A DNA stretch of 64,000 nucleotides from a virus, in IMG/VR virus record IMGVR_UViG_3300020370_000002, positions 18,806 through 82,805 of that record; one strand, given 5' to 3'. A model generated the notes under the pieces. It was not told the DNA's origin and made no database searches. It was given only the letters and a program-made list of their open reading frames with translations. Within the stretch, counting starts at the first letter, position 1. Each line of letters opens with the position of its first letter. This document shows positions 10,659 through 20,232 of the stretch, one piece after another. The position numbers were made by a program, and so were the translations under genes.

Positions 10659-11659
10659 TGGCTGGTTTAGTTTCAAATTCAACAGGTAAGAGTCGTACAA
10701 GAACGGAACTACCTATGTTTCCTCTTGCCGATACAACTCTATGGCCTTATTTTGGCTGCGACCAACCCGAGGGTGCTTATGCAAATTTACCAGGTTTTGC
10801 AGGCGGAACAGCAGGAAGATGTATTAGAATTCTTATGAACTCTAACACTTCTTTTGGAGCAACTCTGTATAACATAGACGGAACTGCCGCTACAGATGGT
10901 GTTTGGAACGGAGGCATGACAATAGCAGAAGCGGCTGGAAGTGCAAACGCTGACCATTTTGTTGGCGCATGTATGGATGCTACAGACCAAGTTTTGTATA
11001 TGCTATTTAATGATACAGGAACAAGTCCTGACACATTGTATTTTTCCAAGGTAAATGAAGCGGGAACTGTAACCGCCATTGGAAATGCTCAAGTTGCAAA
11101 CACATCATTTGATGGCTTTCGCCTGAACAATTCTTATATGGGTGCTTTGCATCGTAAAGGCGGAGACGGTTCTGGAGACTTTGCCGTATATTGGATGCAT
11201 ACCGCAGGAGGAAATGCTGCATATGGACTACCTTACCGTGGATCGGAAGTTACCATTGCAACAAGTAATGGGGCTCTAAGCTACGCAAATTTTATGCCGA
11301 CTACTTTTGGAAGTACAACTCCGACAGGCTACTATCCAAGGGTTGGGCCTACATCCAATAATATTGTAGGAAGCTTTGCTTCATCTTGGGGTGCTACAGG
11401 AAATGGTTCAGCGATTGGTGGAAATTATGGCAATATCTGGAACAGAGACAATGGAAAAGCAATAACTCATGCTCATATGGGACATCCGTATCACAATGGT
11501 GTACCGTGGGGCACTGGGTACGGTGTTATAACATTTAGGTGTAGAGGATACTATGTTTTCTCACAATATTATGCCACACAGTATGGACAAAAAATTTATA
11601 AAGAAGAAGACGTTCATACTTGGTTAGACGAAATGGCGGTGTATTATGGAATTTTATAA
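10658..11659 (+). CDS. Putative receptor-binding protein, module 2
   Basis: G/T/N/aromatic-rich, beta-rich; position in the fibre cluster. Confidence 0.5.
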   Translation: MAGLVSNSTGKSRTRTELPMFPLADTTLWPYFGCDQPEGAYANLPGFAGGTAGRCIRILMNSNTSFGATLYNIDGTAATDGVWNGGMTIAEAAGSANADHFVGACMDATDQVLYMLFNDTGTSPDTLYFSKVNEAGTVTAIGNAQVANTSFDGFRLNNSYMGALHRKGGDGSGDFAVYWMHTAGGNAAYGLPYRGSEVTIATSNGALSYANFMPTTFGSTTPTGYYPRVGPTSNNIVGSFASSWGATGNGSAIGGNYGNIWNRDNGKAITHAHMGHPYHNGVPWGTGYGVITFRCRGYYVFSQYYATQYGQKIYKEEDVHTWLDEMAVYYGIL

Positions 11660-11948
11660 ATTTGTAGAAGTCGAAAAAGCAGGAATGTTACATTTTCCTG
11701 CATCTGTTTGGTTGAATCTTTTAACAGAAACAGAAATGTGCGCCTTCTTTCGTAGCTCTACACAGATCATAGCTGATACAGCACTACTAATGAGTAACAG
11801 AAATTGGATTGTTAATACTGAAAGCTCAAGATTTGATGATGTGATGACTGCTTGTGTAGCAGAAAGTATTTTTACTGCTGAAAGAGTAGCAGAGTTTAAG
11901 CGTGGTGTGATACCAATAAGCCCAATGGAATATTTAGACGGAGTATAA
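11646..11948 (+). CDS. Hypothetical protein (possible fibre chaperone)
   Basis: Overlapping ORF after the putative RBP. Confidence 0.5.
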   Translation: MEFYKFVEVEKAGMLHFPASVWLNLLTETEMCAFFRSSTQIIADTALLMSNRNWIVNTESSRFDDVMTACVAESIFTAERVAEFKRGVIPISPMEYLDGV

Positions 11949-11951
11949 AAT

Positions 11952-12095
11952 ATGCCTTTTATAGGAGAACAACCAGCAGAAAGAGCAACATTAGGAGTTG
12001 TGGCAAGATCGGGCACAGTGACGATTGATTTATCTGTGCCTGGCACTATAACGGTCACGACCCGTTCAGGCACAGTAAGTGTAGGAGTAACATAA
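11952..12095 (+). CDS. 47-aa structural microprotein (not in ORF track)
   Basis: MPFIGEQPAERATLGVVARSGTVTIDLSVPGTITVTTRSGTVSVGVT; GGAG RBS; TAATG coupling to the next gene; same MPFIG start as 10069. Confidence 0.7.
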   Translation: MPFIGEQPAERATLGVVARSGTVTIDLSVPGTITVTTRSGTVSVGVT

Positions 12096-12811
12096 TGGCA
12101 GATAGATTTCCACTTGTAGTGGATTCATCAAATAACAACATAAAAGAAATTCCTTCTGGGGATAATCTTGATATCACTGGTTGTGGACTTATAACATCCT
12201 CAGGAAACAGTAATATAGGACTTACTCCCCATGGCACTGGAGTTGTTCGTATTGATGGCACAAGTGGCATTGATATGCAATCAGGCGAAATCTCAATTAA
12301 AAACAGCGGAACTGTATCAAACATCAAACTGTATTGTGAGCAAAGCAATGCTCACTACGTACAGTTACAGTCGCCTGCACACAGTGCGTATAGTGGAAAT
12401 GTTACTCTTACTTTGCCTTCTAAGACGGGTACTATAATAGGAGCAGATGCGAATAATGTTACAACTTTTTTAGGAGGAACTGCGGGCAAGACTACGGCAG
12501 TTTCTTCCTCTGGTGGTACTGCTACTTTTAATTTACAACTTGGGGATAGTTTTACAACTACTCTTACTGAGAATACTACATTTGCTTTTTCAAATCCTCC
12601 AGCTGGTACAGGGTTAGGAGCTTTTATAATAAAAGTAAAACAAGACGGCACTGGTGGTAGAACACTTGCATTTCCTGGAACAGTCGATTGGGCAGGTGGT
12701 TCAGCTCCTGATGTTTCAACAGGAGCAAATGATGTAGATATTTTCGTATTTGTAACTGTAGATGCAGGAACAATTTATTATGGAATTACAGCAGGACAGG
12801 ACTTAGGATAA
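12095..12811 (+). CDS. Fibre adaptor protein, module 3
   Basis: MADRFPLVVD start; QDGTGGRTLAFP..VDWAGG.APD C-terminal domain. Confidence 0.65.
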   Translation: MADRFPLVVDSSNNNIKEIPSGDNLDITGCGLITSSGNSNIGLTPHGTGVVRIDGTSGIDMQSGEISIKNSGTVSNIKLYCEQSNAHYVQLQSPAHSAYSGNVTLTLPSKTGTIIGADANNVTTFLGGTAGKTTAVSSSGGTATFNLQLGDSFTTTLTENTTFAFSNPPAGTGLGAFIIKVKQDGTGGRTLAFPGTVDWAGGSAPDVSTGANDVDIFVFVTVDAGTIYYGITAGQDLG

Positions 12812-14874
12812 TGACCTTACGAATACTAGCAGGAGGCGGAGGCGCGGCTGACCCAAGGGACGACGATTTTAACCTTGTAACTACGCTTCTTCAAGGAAAC
12901 GGGCCTAATGCAGGAACGAACGGTTTTTTTACAAATAGCTCTGGAGATAGCTATAGTATAAGTACATCAGGATCTATAAATCAGGGAAGAAGGAGCCCTT
13001 TTAGTGCACCTGCAGGATACTGGTCTACATTTTTTGATGGTGCGAGTGAATACTTTAAAGTAAATGCAACTAATGATTTTGCTTTTGGTACAGGTGCTTA
13101 TACTATTGAAATGTGGGTTTGGAAAACTAGCACAGGCTCGCAGTTTTTTTACGAAGGCAGAGATGGAGGAGATACAGGCAGAATTTTGTTATATGTCAAT
13201 AGCAATAATAAACTTGCTGCTCATATAGACGGTGGGACTGTAGGAACTATAGAGTCCTCAAGTGGTACTTTTCCTTTAAATCAATGGGTTCATATAGCTC
13301 TTACTAGAAACTCAACTTATGGTTATATGTATCAAAATGGAGCACAAGTTGCTACTTGGTCAGATTCTGTGAATGTTGTAAAACCAAGCTCTGATTTATA
13401 TGTAGGTAGGTACTATTCTGGGGGCAGTTATGACTTTAAAGGCTATATATCAAATCTTCGAGTTATAAAAGGAACTGCTTTATACACTTCTGCTTTTACT
13501 GCTCCAACAGCGCCTTTGACTGCGGTTACAAATACTAAACTACTTATGTGTACTAGTAATAGTATGTTGGAAGATAGAAGTGGAACAAATAAAGTAATTA
13601 GATCATATGGCGGACAAGAAGGTTATTCTTTTTCTCCTTTTGCTCGACCAGCAGCTACCGCTGCTTATGATGCTGCGGTACATGGAGGCTCCTATAGTTT
13701 TGATAGGAGTGTTCCTAACTACGCGCAGATGAACCACGCTAATTTTGCTATGGGCACAGGTAATTTTACGATTGAAGGCTGGGTTAGATTTACAAAACTT
13801 ACAGACCATGGTATATTTCATACCACACCGTCAGGTATTGGTAGCGTCAATACATCAAACCCCTCACTTGGAATATCTTCTAGTGGAAATTATTGGACTA
13901 TATACTCAGGGGTAGGACAAAAAATTTTTAGTGGTATTGATGCACCCATTATGTATACTTGGTATCATTTTGCACTCGTTAGAGGCACGTCAGATGGGGT
14001 GGATAATGCCTTAAGGCTTTATATAAATGGAGTAAGAGCAACTGATGGAAGCGGTGCTGATGGCTATGTTGATACAACAAACTATACAGCACAATATCTT
14101 ACGATAGGTGCATACTACTCGAGTACTTATGCACTTCATGGAGACTTAAGTAACTTCAGGGTTATAAAAGGGGACCAAATCTATGCTGCTAACTTTACTC
14201 CCCCGACCGCTCCTGTGACTAATACTGGAACAAACACAAGACTTTTACTACAGGGAACAAATGCAAAAATAGTCGATGGCTCAAGAAATTTCAATATTTT
14301 CCTGAATCAAAATACGCATTTAGATACTAGCATTAAAAAATTCGGTACTGCAAGTATTGAGATTAATGGTCATGCTGCGAACGAATTTTTAAAAGCTCCT
14401 CCACAAATGTTTTACGGAAATAACTACCTGCACAGAATTTTAGATATAGGTGTATTTACGGTTGAGTTTTGGGTATATGTAGACAGCTATCATGCTGCAT
14501 ATATGGATATTGTTGGAGTGTTTAATGGGTCGTCCTCAGGTTGGTTAATTTACCAAAATGGAAACAATCTTGAGGTTTATATGAATGGAAGCACAATGAT
14601 TACTGGAACCAGACCATCCGTTGATGCGTGGCATCATATTGCGATGACAAGGGACGGAACAACTCTAAGACTATTTGTAGATGGTAGTCTGCATGGAAGT
14701 GCTACCAACAATAGCACAGGTGTGTCGCAAACCAACAACCCTCTTCGAATTGGAGACACTGGAGGGGGTAGAAACTCTTTAGATGGATATATAGACGATT
14801 TTAGAATAACATATGGTAAAGCTAGGTACACTTCCAACTTTACAGCACCAACCGAAGAATTTTTAGCTATATAG
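12811..14874 (+). CDS. Fibre protein with three LamG/concanavalin A-like lectin domains
   Basis: Three repeats of (Y/F)T(I/V)ExW...WxH(I/F)AxxR...GY(I/L)xxxR(V/I)xxG...YxxxFTxPT. Confidence 0.85.
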   Translation: MTLRILAGGGGAADPRDDDFNLVTTLLQGNGPNAGTNGFFTNSSGDSYSISTSGSINQGRRSPFSAPAGYWSTFFDGASEYFKVNATNDFAFGTGAYTIEMWVWKTSTGSQFFYEGRDGGDTGRILLYVNSNNKLAAHIDGGTVGTIESSSGTFPLNQWVHIALTRNSTYGYMYQNGAQVATWSDSVNVVKPSSDLYVGRYYSGGSYDFKGYISNLRVIKGTALYTSAFTAPTAPLTAVTNTKLLMCTSNSMLEDRSGTNKVIRSYGGQEGYSFSPFARPAATAAYDAAVHGGSYSFDRSVPNYAQMNHANFAMGTGNFTIEGWVRFTKLTDHGIFHTTPSGIGSVNTSNPSLGISSSGNYWTIYSGVGQKIFSGIDAPIMYTWYHFALVRGTSDGVDNALRLYINGVRATDGSGADGYVDTTNYTAQYLTIGAYYSSTYALHGDLSNFRVIKGDQIYAANFTPPTAPVTNTGTNTRLLLQGTNAKIVDGSRNFNIFLNQNTHLDTSIKKFGTASIEINGHAANEFLKAPPQMFYGNNYLHRILDIGVFTVEFWVYVDSYHAAYMDIVGVFNGSSSGWLIYQNGNNLEVYMNGSTMITGTRPSVDAWHHIAMTRDGTTLRLFVDGSLHGSATNNSTGVSQTNNPLRIGDTGGGRNSLDGYIDDFRITYGKARYTSNFTAPTEEFLAI

Positions 14875-14884
14875 GAGATAAAAA

Positions 14885-15361
14885 ATGCAAATAGCAATAA
14901 TAAAAGATAATGCCGTAGAAACTATGGGGGAGCATAAAGAATTGTTTCCAAATGTTGGGTTTCCTGGTGGAGTACCTACAGAGTCTTGGATGGCAGAAAA
15001 CTCTGTTATGCCCGTTACTGAGTTTCGACCGTATAACGGACTTACTGAAAAAAGCACGCCTGTAGACCCTTACATAGAAAGTGGTGTGGTTTATTTACAC
15101 AAAATAGAGACGTTAGATGATAGCGAAAAAACTGCTGCACAGACAGCAAGAAACAATCGAATTGCAGAAGACAACAGAGCGTTTAGAGACCGATTACTTG
15201 CAGAGAGCGACTGGATGGCAAACAGTGATGTAACGATGACAGATGAGTGGAAAACATACAGGCAAGCACTTCGAGATATTACAAAGCATAGCAGTTGGCC
15301 TAATTTAAAACTAGGGGGCCCAGGAACAGAAGAGACTGACTGGCCCGTTCAACCTTCGTAG
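14885..15361 (+). CDS. Tail fibre assembly chaperone
   Basis: RDRLLAESDW...WKTYRQALRDIT...WP. Confidence 0.8.
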   Translation: MQIAIIKDNAVETMGEHKELFPNVGFPGGVPTESWMAENSVMPVTEFRPYNGLTEKSTPVDPYIESGVVYLHKIETLDDSEKTAAQTARNNRIAEDNRAFRDRLLAESDWMANSDVTMTDEWKTYRQALRDITKHSSWPNLKLGGPGTEETDWPVQPS

Positions 15362-15370
15362 GAGAGATAA

Positions 15371-15832
15371 ATGGCATTTTCAAAAGCACGTAGACTTGCA
15401 GACTTAATGTCAGCGGCATCTGCCTCAGTTCCTGCTTCAAAAAGAACGCTTGCAGATGATGCAGTTACGTCTGCAAAAATAGCAGACAATGCAATCATTA
15501 CAGCTTTGATAGCAGATGGTGCGATTACTGGTGCAAAACTTGCAGCAGGCGTTGGAGGCGGATATAATAGTTGGTCTGTAAAAACAGGAACTTATACAGC
15601 AGCGAGCAGAGACCAACTTATTGCCAATAGCGGTAGTGCTTTTACTATAACCTTGCCATCTTCTCCAAGTGCAGGAAACTCTGTAACTATACATAATGCA
15701 GGTGCGGGAACAGTTACAATAGGAAGAAATAGTTCAAACATAGAATCAACAGCAGATGATGGAGAACTGGAAACAGGAAAATCAACTCAATTAGTTTATA
15801 TTGACAGCACCATAGGTTGGAAGGAGGTATAA
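15371..15832 (+). CDS. Fibre shaft/adaptor, module 4
   Basis: SKARRLAD start; ADDAVTSAKIAD repeats; C-terminal domain paralogous to 6938..8056. Confidence 0.7.
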   Translation: MAFSKARRLADLMSAASASVPASKRTLADDAVTSAKIADNAIITALIADGAITGAKLAAGVGGGYNSWSVKTGTYTAASRDQLIANSGSAFTITLPSSPSAGNSVTIHNAGAGTVTIGRNSSNIESTADDGELETGKSTQLVYIDSTIGWKEV

Positions 15833-15833
15833 A

Positions 15834-17942
15834 ATGCCAGTTAAATTAGGTGGTTCAGGAGGCGGTGGCGGACAAGTCACAGAAATTTCTGCTACAGCAG
15901 ATGGCGCAATAGCTAATGGAGCACCCTGTATTCAAAGTGGAGATGGAAAGATTGCGACTCCCGTAGGAAATATTGCTGCTAACGCAATAGATGTTGGTTC
16001 AAATACATCTTCAAATAATAACTCCGCTTATTATGCGTTTTATAACGGAATTACTTTTGTTGATAGAGCCGCTGGTAGAGGGATTCTGTTAGGCAATCAA
16101 GGCGTGGGGTATAACTACCGTGCTACATGCAAATTATTCACGGTAAATACAAGCACAGGAGGAGGGACAGCAAGTGGCATGACTTCTACAAATTTTAGTT
16201 ACCCACAAGGCACTGGTGTAAACTATACGCAGTATCCAGTAGGAGCAATTTGGGATGCAGATACTGATTCATGGTTTGGTTGTTACCGTTTTAATTCCTC
16301 AGCTAGCTATGGACTAAATATGTTTAAACATAGAACTACAAATGGTACAACAAGTACAGCGGGTTACGGGCATACCTTTGGCACTACTAATTATTGGAAT
16401 CCGTATTCAAGTCAAAGCGTTGGATCAACTAGATTTATAGAAGCAAGAGGATTCAAATATGTAATCACTACTGGAAGCACTCAGGCTTATGGCAGAGACT
16501 CTTGTATGGTGCATGGGCCGTTTACGTGGACTTCAAATGCGCATGACGGAGGTGCGTTCGGTGCTCATGTTGTAGCAACAGATTACGTTGCGAATGGGTA
16601 TAACTATACCGCAGATGCAAGTTATGATTCCGCTAATGAACAAATCGTAGTAGTAACCGCGAATTATAACGCTGGTGCTCACAATCAAACTCTTTATGCT
16701 TTTGACGTAGCCGCTAATGGGACAGTAACGTATTCTCACTATCTTGCGAACGCTGGTGGAGCTGATGTTATAGGCCAAATTCGAGCAGTTGAGTGTGATA
16801 CAGCAGGCAATATAGTTTGGTCTGAATTAACTGCGAAAAAATTTTATGCTGCTTCAAACAACGGAAGTGCTTTTACAAAAGGCGGCTCTTTAGCATGGCC
16901 TGCTGGGGTTCATTCTCAGATAAGTATGCGATATAGTTCTACTTATAAAAATTTTGTTGCGAGTTTTTGTCCAGCCAATTTTTCGGCCCTCCCCCCTCCT
17001 AAACATATTATCTTTGCAGTAGGAGCTGGCAATTTTTCAGATAAGACTTTTACGTCAGCAGGCACTGGTTCTACTTATGGCACATACGGAAACTATGCAG
17101 GCTACCAGGACTATCCGACTAGCTCAGCAAAAATAGGCGGTAACTTCGCGGATACTACAGATACCTTTATTCAGTACAACTTCGGAAACGCAGATGGTAA
17201 CACCGTGTCGGAAGTAAATAGTAATAAAATTGCCACTAGCAATTTATTTACAGGTAATTATATAGGTTTAGCAAAAGCCGCTATATCTAATGGAGCATCT
17301 GGAACTTTAACAACAAAGGGTGCGATAAATGAATCTCAATCTGGACTTACTGCGGGTGCGAGATATGCGGTAACACCAACAGGCACGGTAAAAACAGAGT
17401 CTTCTTTAACTGACGCAGAGCAGCTATCAAGTGTTTTTCTTGGAACCGCTACTGCTACGAACGCTATTATCGTAGGGGATAGTTTAGTTGCAGTAGATTC
17501 GTCTGCTATTCATAACGATGTACCTAAGGGAGTAGCCACTAGCGGGAGTAGCACTCCTGCTGCTTATTCAACCGACGGTTGGACGAGTGTATTAAATAGG
17601 TTCGGTATAAATACTTCAAGCGTAACCGCAACAGGAACAAATACCATACTCAAAGTTACAGGTAGTGGTACAGTTTTATATTTTATCCTAGGTGGGCAAA
17701 GTCAACAATCAACAAGCGTAACAGTACATATTGATGGTGTACAGATTATAGAGTCAGGCACGATTACTACTGGAAATAGCTATCCTTATTGTCCTATTGG
17801 TGAATTTGGTGGAGTAAACAGCAATAAACACGGAAACTTCTCGCCTTCAACGGCTTTTAGTTTTAATAAAAGTTTTGAAGTAAAAAACAATGGTGGAACA
17901 GCTACAGCCTTTTATATAGGCTATAGAATAGTAGAGAACTAG
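15834..17942 (+). CDS. Putative receptor-binding fibre protein, module 4
   Basis: MPVKLGGSGGGGG start (cf. 8059); 702 aa beta-rich; followed by a chaperone gene. Confidence 0.65.
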   Translation: MPVKLGGSGGGGGQVTEISATADGAIANGAPCIQSGDGKIATPVGNIAANAIDVGSNTSSNNNSAYYAFYNGITFVDRAAGRGILLGNQGVGYNYRATCKLFTVNTSTGGGTASGMTSTNFSYPQGTGVNYTQYPVGAIWDADTDSWFGCYRFNSSASYGLNMFKHRTTNGTTSTAGYGHTFGTTNYWNPYSSQSVGSTRFIEARGFKYVITTGSTQAYGRDSCMVHGPFTWTSNAHDGGAFGAHVVATDYVANGYNYTADASYDSANEQIVVVTANYNAGAHNQTLYAFDVAANGTVTYSHYLANAGGADVIGQIRAVECDTAGNIVWSELTAKKFYAASNNGSAFTKGGSLAWPAGVHSQISMRYSSTYKNFVASFCPANFSALPPPKHIIFAVGAGNFSDKTFTSAGTGSTYGTYGNYAGYQDYPTSSAKIGGNFADTTDTFIQYNFGNADGNTVSEVNSNKIATSNLFTGNYIGLAKAAISNGASGTLTTKGAINESQSGLTAGARYAVTPTGTVKTESSLTDAEQLSSVFLGTATATNAIIVGDSLVAVDSSAIHNDVPKGVATSGSSTPAAYSTDGWTSVLNRFGINTSSVTATGTNTILKVTGSGTVLYFILGGQSQQSTSVTVHIDGVQIIESGTITTGNSYPYCPIGEFGGVNSNKHGNFSPSTAFSFNKSFEVKNNGGTATAFYIGYRIVEN

Positions 17943-17944
17943 AA

Positions 17945-18226
17945 ATGACAAAAATAAACTTAACAAATCCAGATAAAGACCCTGTTCATGGAGATGAGAT
18001 TTTAGAAACTCAAGGCGGTTTGAAGATATACTATACTCACGCTGAAGACTCACGTTCAAAAGAAGAGCAAGCGCGAGAGTGGCGAAATCAAGAGTTAGTA
18101 GATAGTGATTGGATCATGTCAGTTCCTGACCATCCACAGTTTGAAGCATATAAAACCTATCGTACTAAGTTAAGAGACTGGCCCGCTAGCGAGTCAGATT
18201 TTCCTGATACGAAACCAACATTATAG
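17945..18226 (+). CDS. Tail fibre assembly chaperone
   Basis: AREWRNQEL..SD...YRTKLRDWP; paralog of 9083..9397. Confidence 0.75.
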   Translation: MTKINLTNPDKDPVHGDEILETQGGLKIYYTHAEDSRSKEEQAREWRNQELVDSDWIMSVPDHPQFEAYKTYRTKLRDWPASESDFPDTKPTL

Positions 18227-18260
18227 GGCTGAGCCCAAGATTCCAAGGAGGGAATATAAT

Positions 18261-18941
18261 ATGAGAAAACTAGTGGCTATGGGGTTAATTGCCCTCAGCC
18301 TTGGGGCCTGTGCGAGTACGTCTACAGAGTATTACAATGCAGTAGAAAGAGCAGCTCTAGCGCAGGCAAAGGTACAAGAAGCAAGATATAACGCTCTAAG
18401 CAAAATTGCAGGACAAGGAGACGGGGCAGCAACTGCCGCGGTTATGGCTCTCGCTATGACAAATCAAACTCCTATAGTTCCTAAAGCCCAACAATCTGCA
18501 GCCCTACAATGGGCATCAGTCCTCTCGGGCCCAGTTTCGTCATTAGGAGCAATGTGGCTTTCAAATGATGCAACTAAATCAATGGCAAGATTCAATAGAG
18601 ACACTCAAATAGCAAACATAAGAGCAGACCAAACAAATACTACTCAACTATATGGTTTATTAGGTTCTAATTCTGATAATCTAACAAGTATGGGTTTGGG
18701 AGGCTTTAATGCGTTGAATACTTCTATGGAATATATGGATAATACCGATATTGTAATACCAGACTATTCTACTAACTTTGGTGATATTGACGATTACTTA
18801 CTAAAAATAATAGATAATTTAAATACTACTAATGGAGAAGATAATCAAATTTGGGTTCCAGGTGTTAACTGTGTAAGTGCTGGAAACGGTATAATTGGTG
18901 TCGGATCATCAGGAAGTGCGGTTCCTATTTGCCCACAATAA
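18261..18941 (+). CDS. Lipoprotein
   Basis: Signal peptide with lipobox LGAC; AAGGAGG RBS. Confidence 0.7.
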   Translation: MRKLVAMGLIALSLGACASTSTEYYNAVERAALAQAKVQEARYNALSKIAGQGDGAATAAVMALAMTNQTPIVPKAQQSAALQWASVLSGPVSSLGAMWLSNDATKSMARFNRDTQIANIRADQTNTTQLYGLLGSNSDNLTSMGLGGFNALNTSMEYMDNTDIVIPDYSTNFGDIDDYLLKIIDNLNTTNGEDNQIWVPGVNCVSAGNGIIGVGSSGSAVPICPQ

Positions 18942-18962
18942 AAAAGGGGCTATTCAGCCCCC
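18939..18962 (-). terminator. Intrinsic terminator at the convergence of late and early blocks
   Basis: Minus strand GGGGCT-GAAT-AGCCCC followed by a T tract. Confidence 0.75.
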
Positions 18963-19105
18963 TCTTCACTTACCATTTCAGGTTGCATTTGAGGTGCAGC
19001 CTGTTGTTGTATCTTTTGGATAAGTCCCATACTATGTTTAGCAGGTAGTTCCCCTAAACCTTGTAAGAGTACATTTACTTCTTCTACTTCTAATTCAAAT
19101 TTCAT
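18950..19105 (-). CDS. 51-aa hypothetical protein (not in ORF track)
   Basis: MKFELEVEEVNVLLQGLGELPAKHSMGLIQKIQQQAAPQ...; ATGA overlap with the nrdB stop. Confidence 0.7.
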   Translation of the reverse strand: MKFELEVEEVNVLLQGLGELPAKHSMGLIQKIQQQAAPQMQPEMVSEEGAE

Positions 19106-20061
19106 TTAAAAATGTCCTGCCAGTTTCCTGTTGTGCTTGCCCGAGAATACTCAGTTGCACGGTTCTCAAAGAAATTAGTGTGTTCAACACCGTTTAACAT
19201 ATAGTCTAACCATGGTAACGGGTTGTCTTCACTCCCAAATATTTTTTTCATTCCAAGACCTAAAAGTCTACGATCTGCAATATAACGAATATAATCTTTT
19301 ATTTCTGCTGCGGTAAGATTTGGCACTTCTGCGTTTTCAAAACACAAGTCAATAAAAGCATCTTCAAGCTCTACTGTACGCTCTGCAGCACAATAAATCT
19401 CATACTTTAGATCGTCTGTCCATAAGTCTGGGTTCTCCTTTATAAAAGTGCGAAAGAGCTGTGACATTCCTTCAACGTGCAATGTCTCATCTCGCACAGA
19501 CCATGTAACAATTTGACCCATGCCTTTCATAAGGTTATGTCGAGGAAAGTTCAACAAGATAGCAAAACTACTAAATAGCTGTACCCCCTCGGTGAAAGCT
19601 GAGTATATAGCCATCGTTTTTGCGATATCCATCTCAGTTTTCATACCAAAATTATTCAAGTGCTCATGTTTTGCTAACATTTCCTTGTGTTGGAAGAATT
19701 TTTGATATTCTTCATCACCAAATCCTAACGTTTCCAAGAGCAAAGAATATGCTTCCTGATGTACTGCCTCCATAGCTGCAAAAGCCGAAAGCATCATTCG
19801 TACTTCAGGTTGTTTGAATGTGGGCAAATAGTGTTTTGCGTACCCACAACAAACGTCTACATCTGCTTGAGTAAAAAACCTAAAGATTTGACTTATAAGT
19901 TTCTTACTTTCAGGTGTTAGTTTCTCTCTATAGTCACGCAAATCATCTGCAAGATTGACTTCATCTGGAAGCCAGTGCATATGTTGTTGTGTCTTATAAT
20001 GTTCAAAAGCCCAAGGGTAATTAAAGGGCTTGTAATAATTTCTTTCTGCCAATAAACTCAT
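19102..20061 (-). CDS. nrdB: Ribonucleotide reductase class Ia beta subunit
   Basis: FFTQADVDV, EAVHQEAYS, EGVQLFSSF, RDETLH, NFFENRATEY. Confidence 0.97.
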   Translation of the reverse strand: MSLLAERNYYKPFNYPWAFEHYKTQQHMHWLPDEVNLADDLRDYREKLTPESKKLISQIFRFFTQADVDVCCGYAKHYLPTFKQPEVRMMLSAFAAMEAVHQEAYSLLLETLGFGDEEYQKFFQHKEMLAKHEHLNNFGMKTEMDIAKTMAIYSAFTEGVQLFSSFAILLNFPRHNLMKGMGQIVTWSVRDETLHVEGMSQLFRTFIKENPDLWTDDLKYEIYCAAERTVELEDAFIDLCFENAEVPNLTAAEIKDYIRYIADRRLLGLGMKKIFGSEDNPLPWLDYMLNGVEHTNFFENRATEYSRASTTGNWQDIFK

Positions 20062-20070
20062 TTTATTTCT

Positions 20071-20232
20071 CTACCAGTGGTGTATCACTCCTGAAATTAT
20101 AAAGAAGCAAGTTATAAAATTTACTAATACAACTATACTTCTTATAATAGCCACTAAATCTGCTTCGTGGGAGTCCTCGGATGCTTTTTCTCCAAGAGAC
20201 ATTGCCCATAACTTCCATAGTCTAGCCCTCAC
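20071..20232 (-). CDS. Small membrane protein (start uncertain)
   Basis: LWAMSLGEKAS...ADLVAIIRS plus a TM helix; lies between nrdA and nrdB. Confidence 0.55.
   Translation of the reverse strand: MRARLWKLWAMSLGEKASEDSHEADLVAIIRSIVVLVNFITCFFIISGVIHHW

Noticed and set aside
7780-15832. Diversity-generating retroelement TR/VR pair from the duplicated fibre domains
   Set aside because: Differences are largely synonymous and not adenine-specific; no reverse transcriptase in the window.
2414-18059. Numerous minus-strand ORFs over the tail genes, and plus-strand ORFs over the replication genes
   Set aside because: Antisense shadows of long, well-supported CDSs, with no motifs or RBS.
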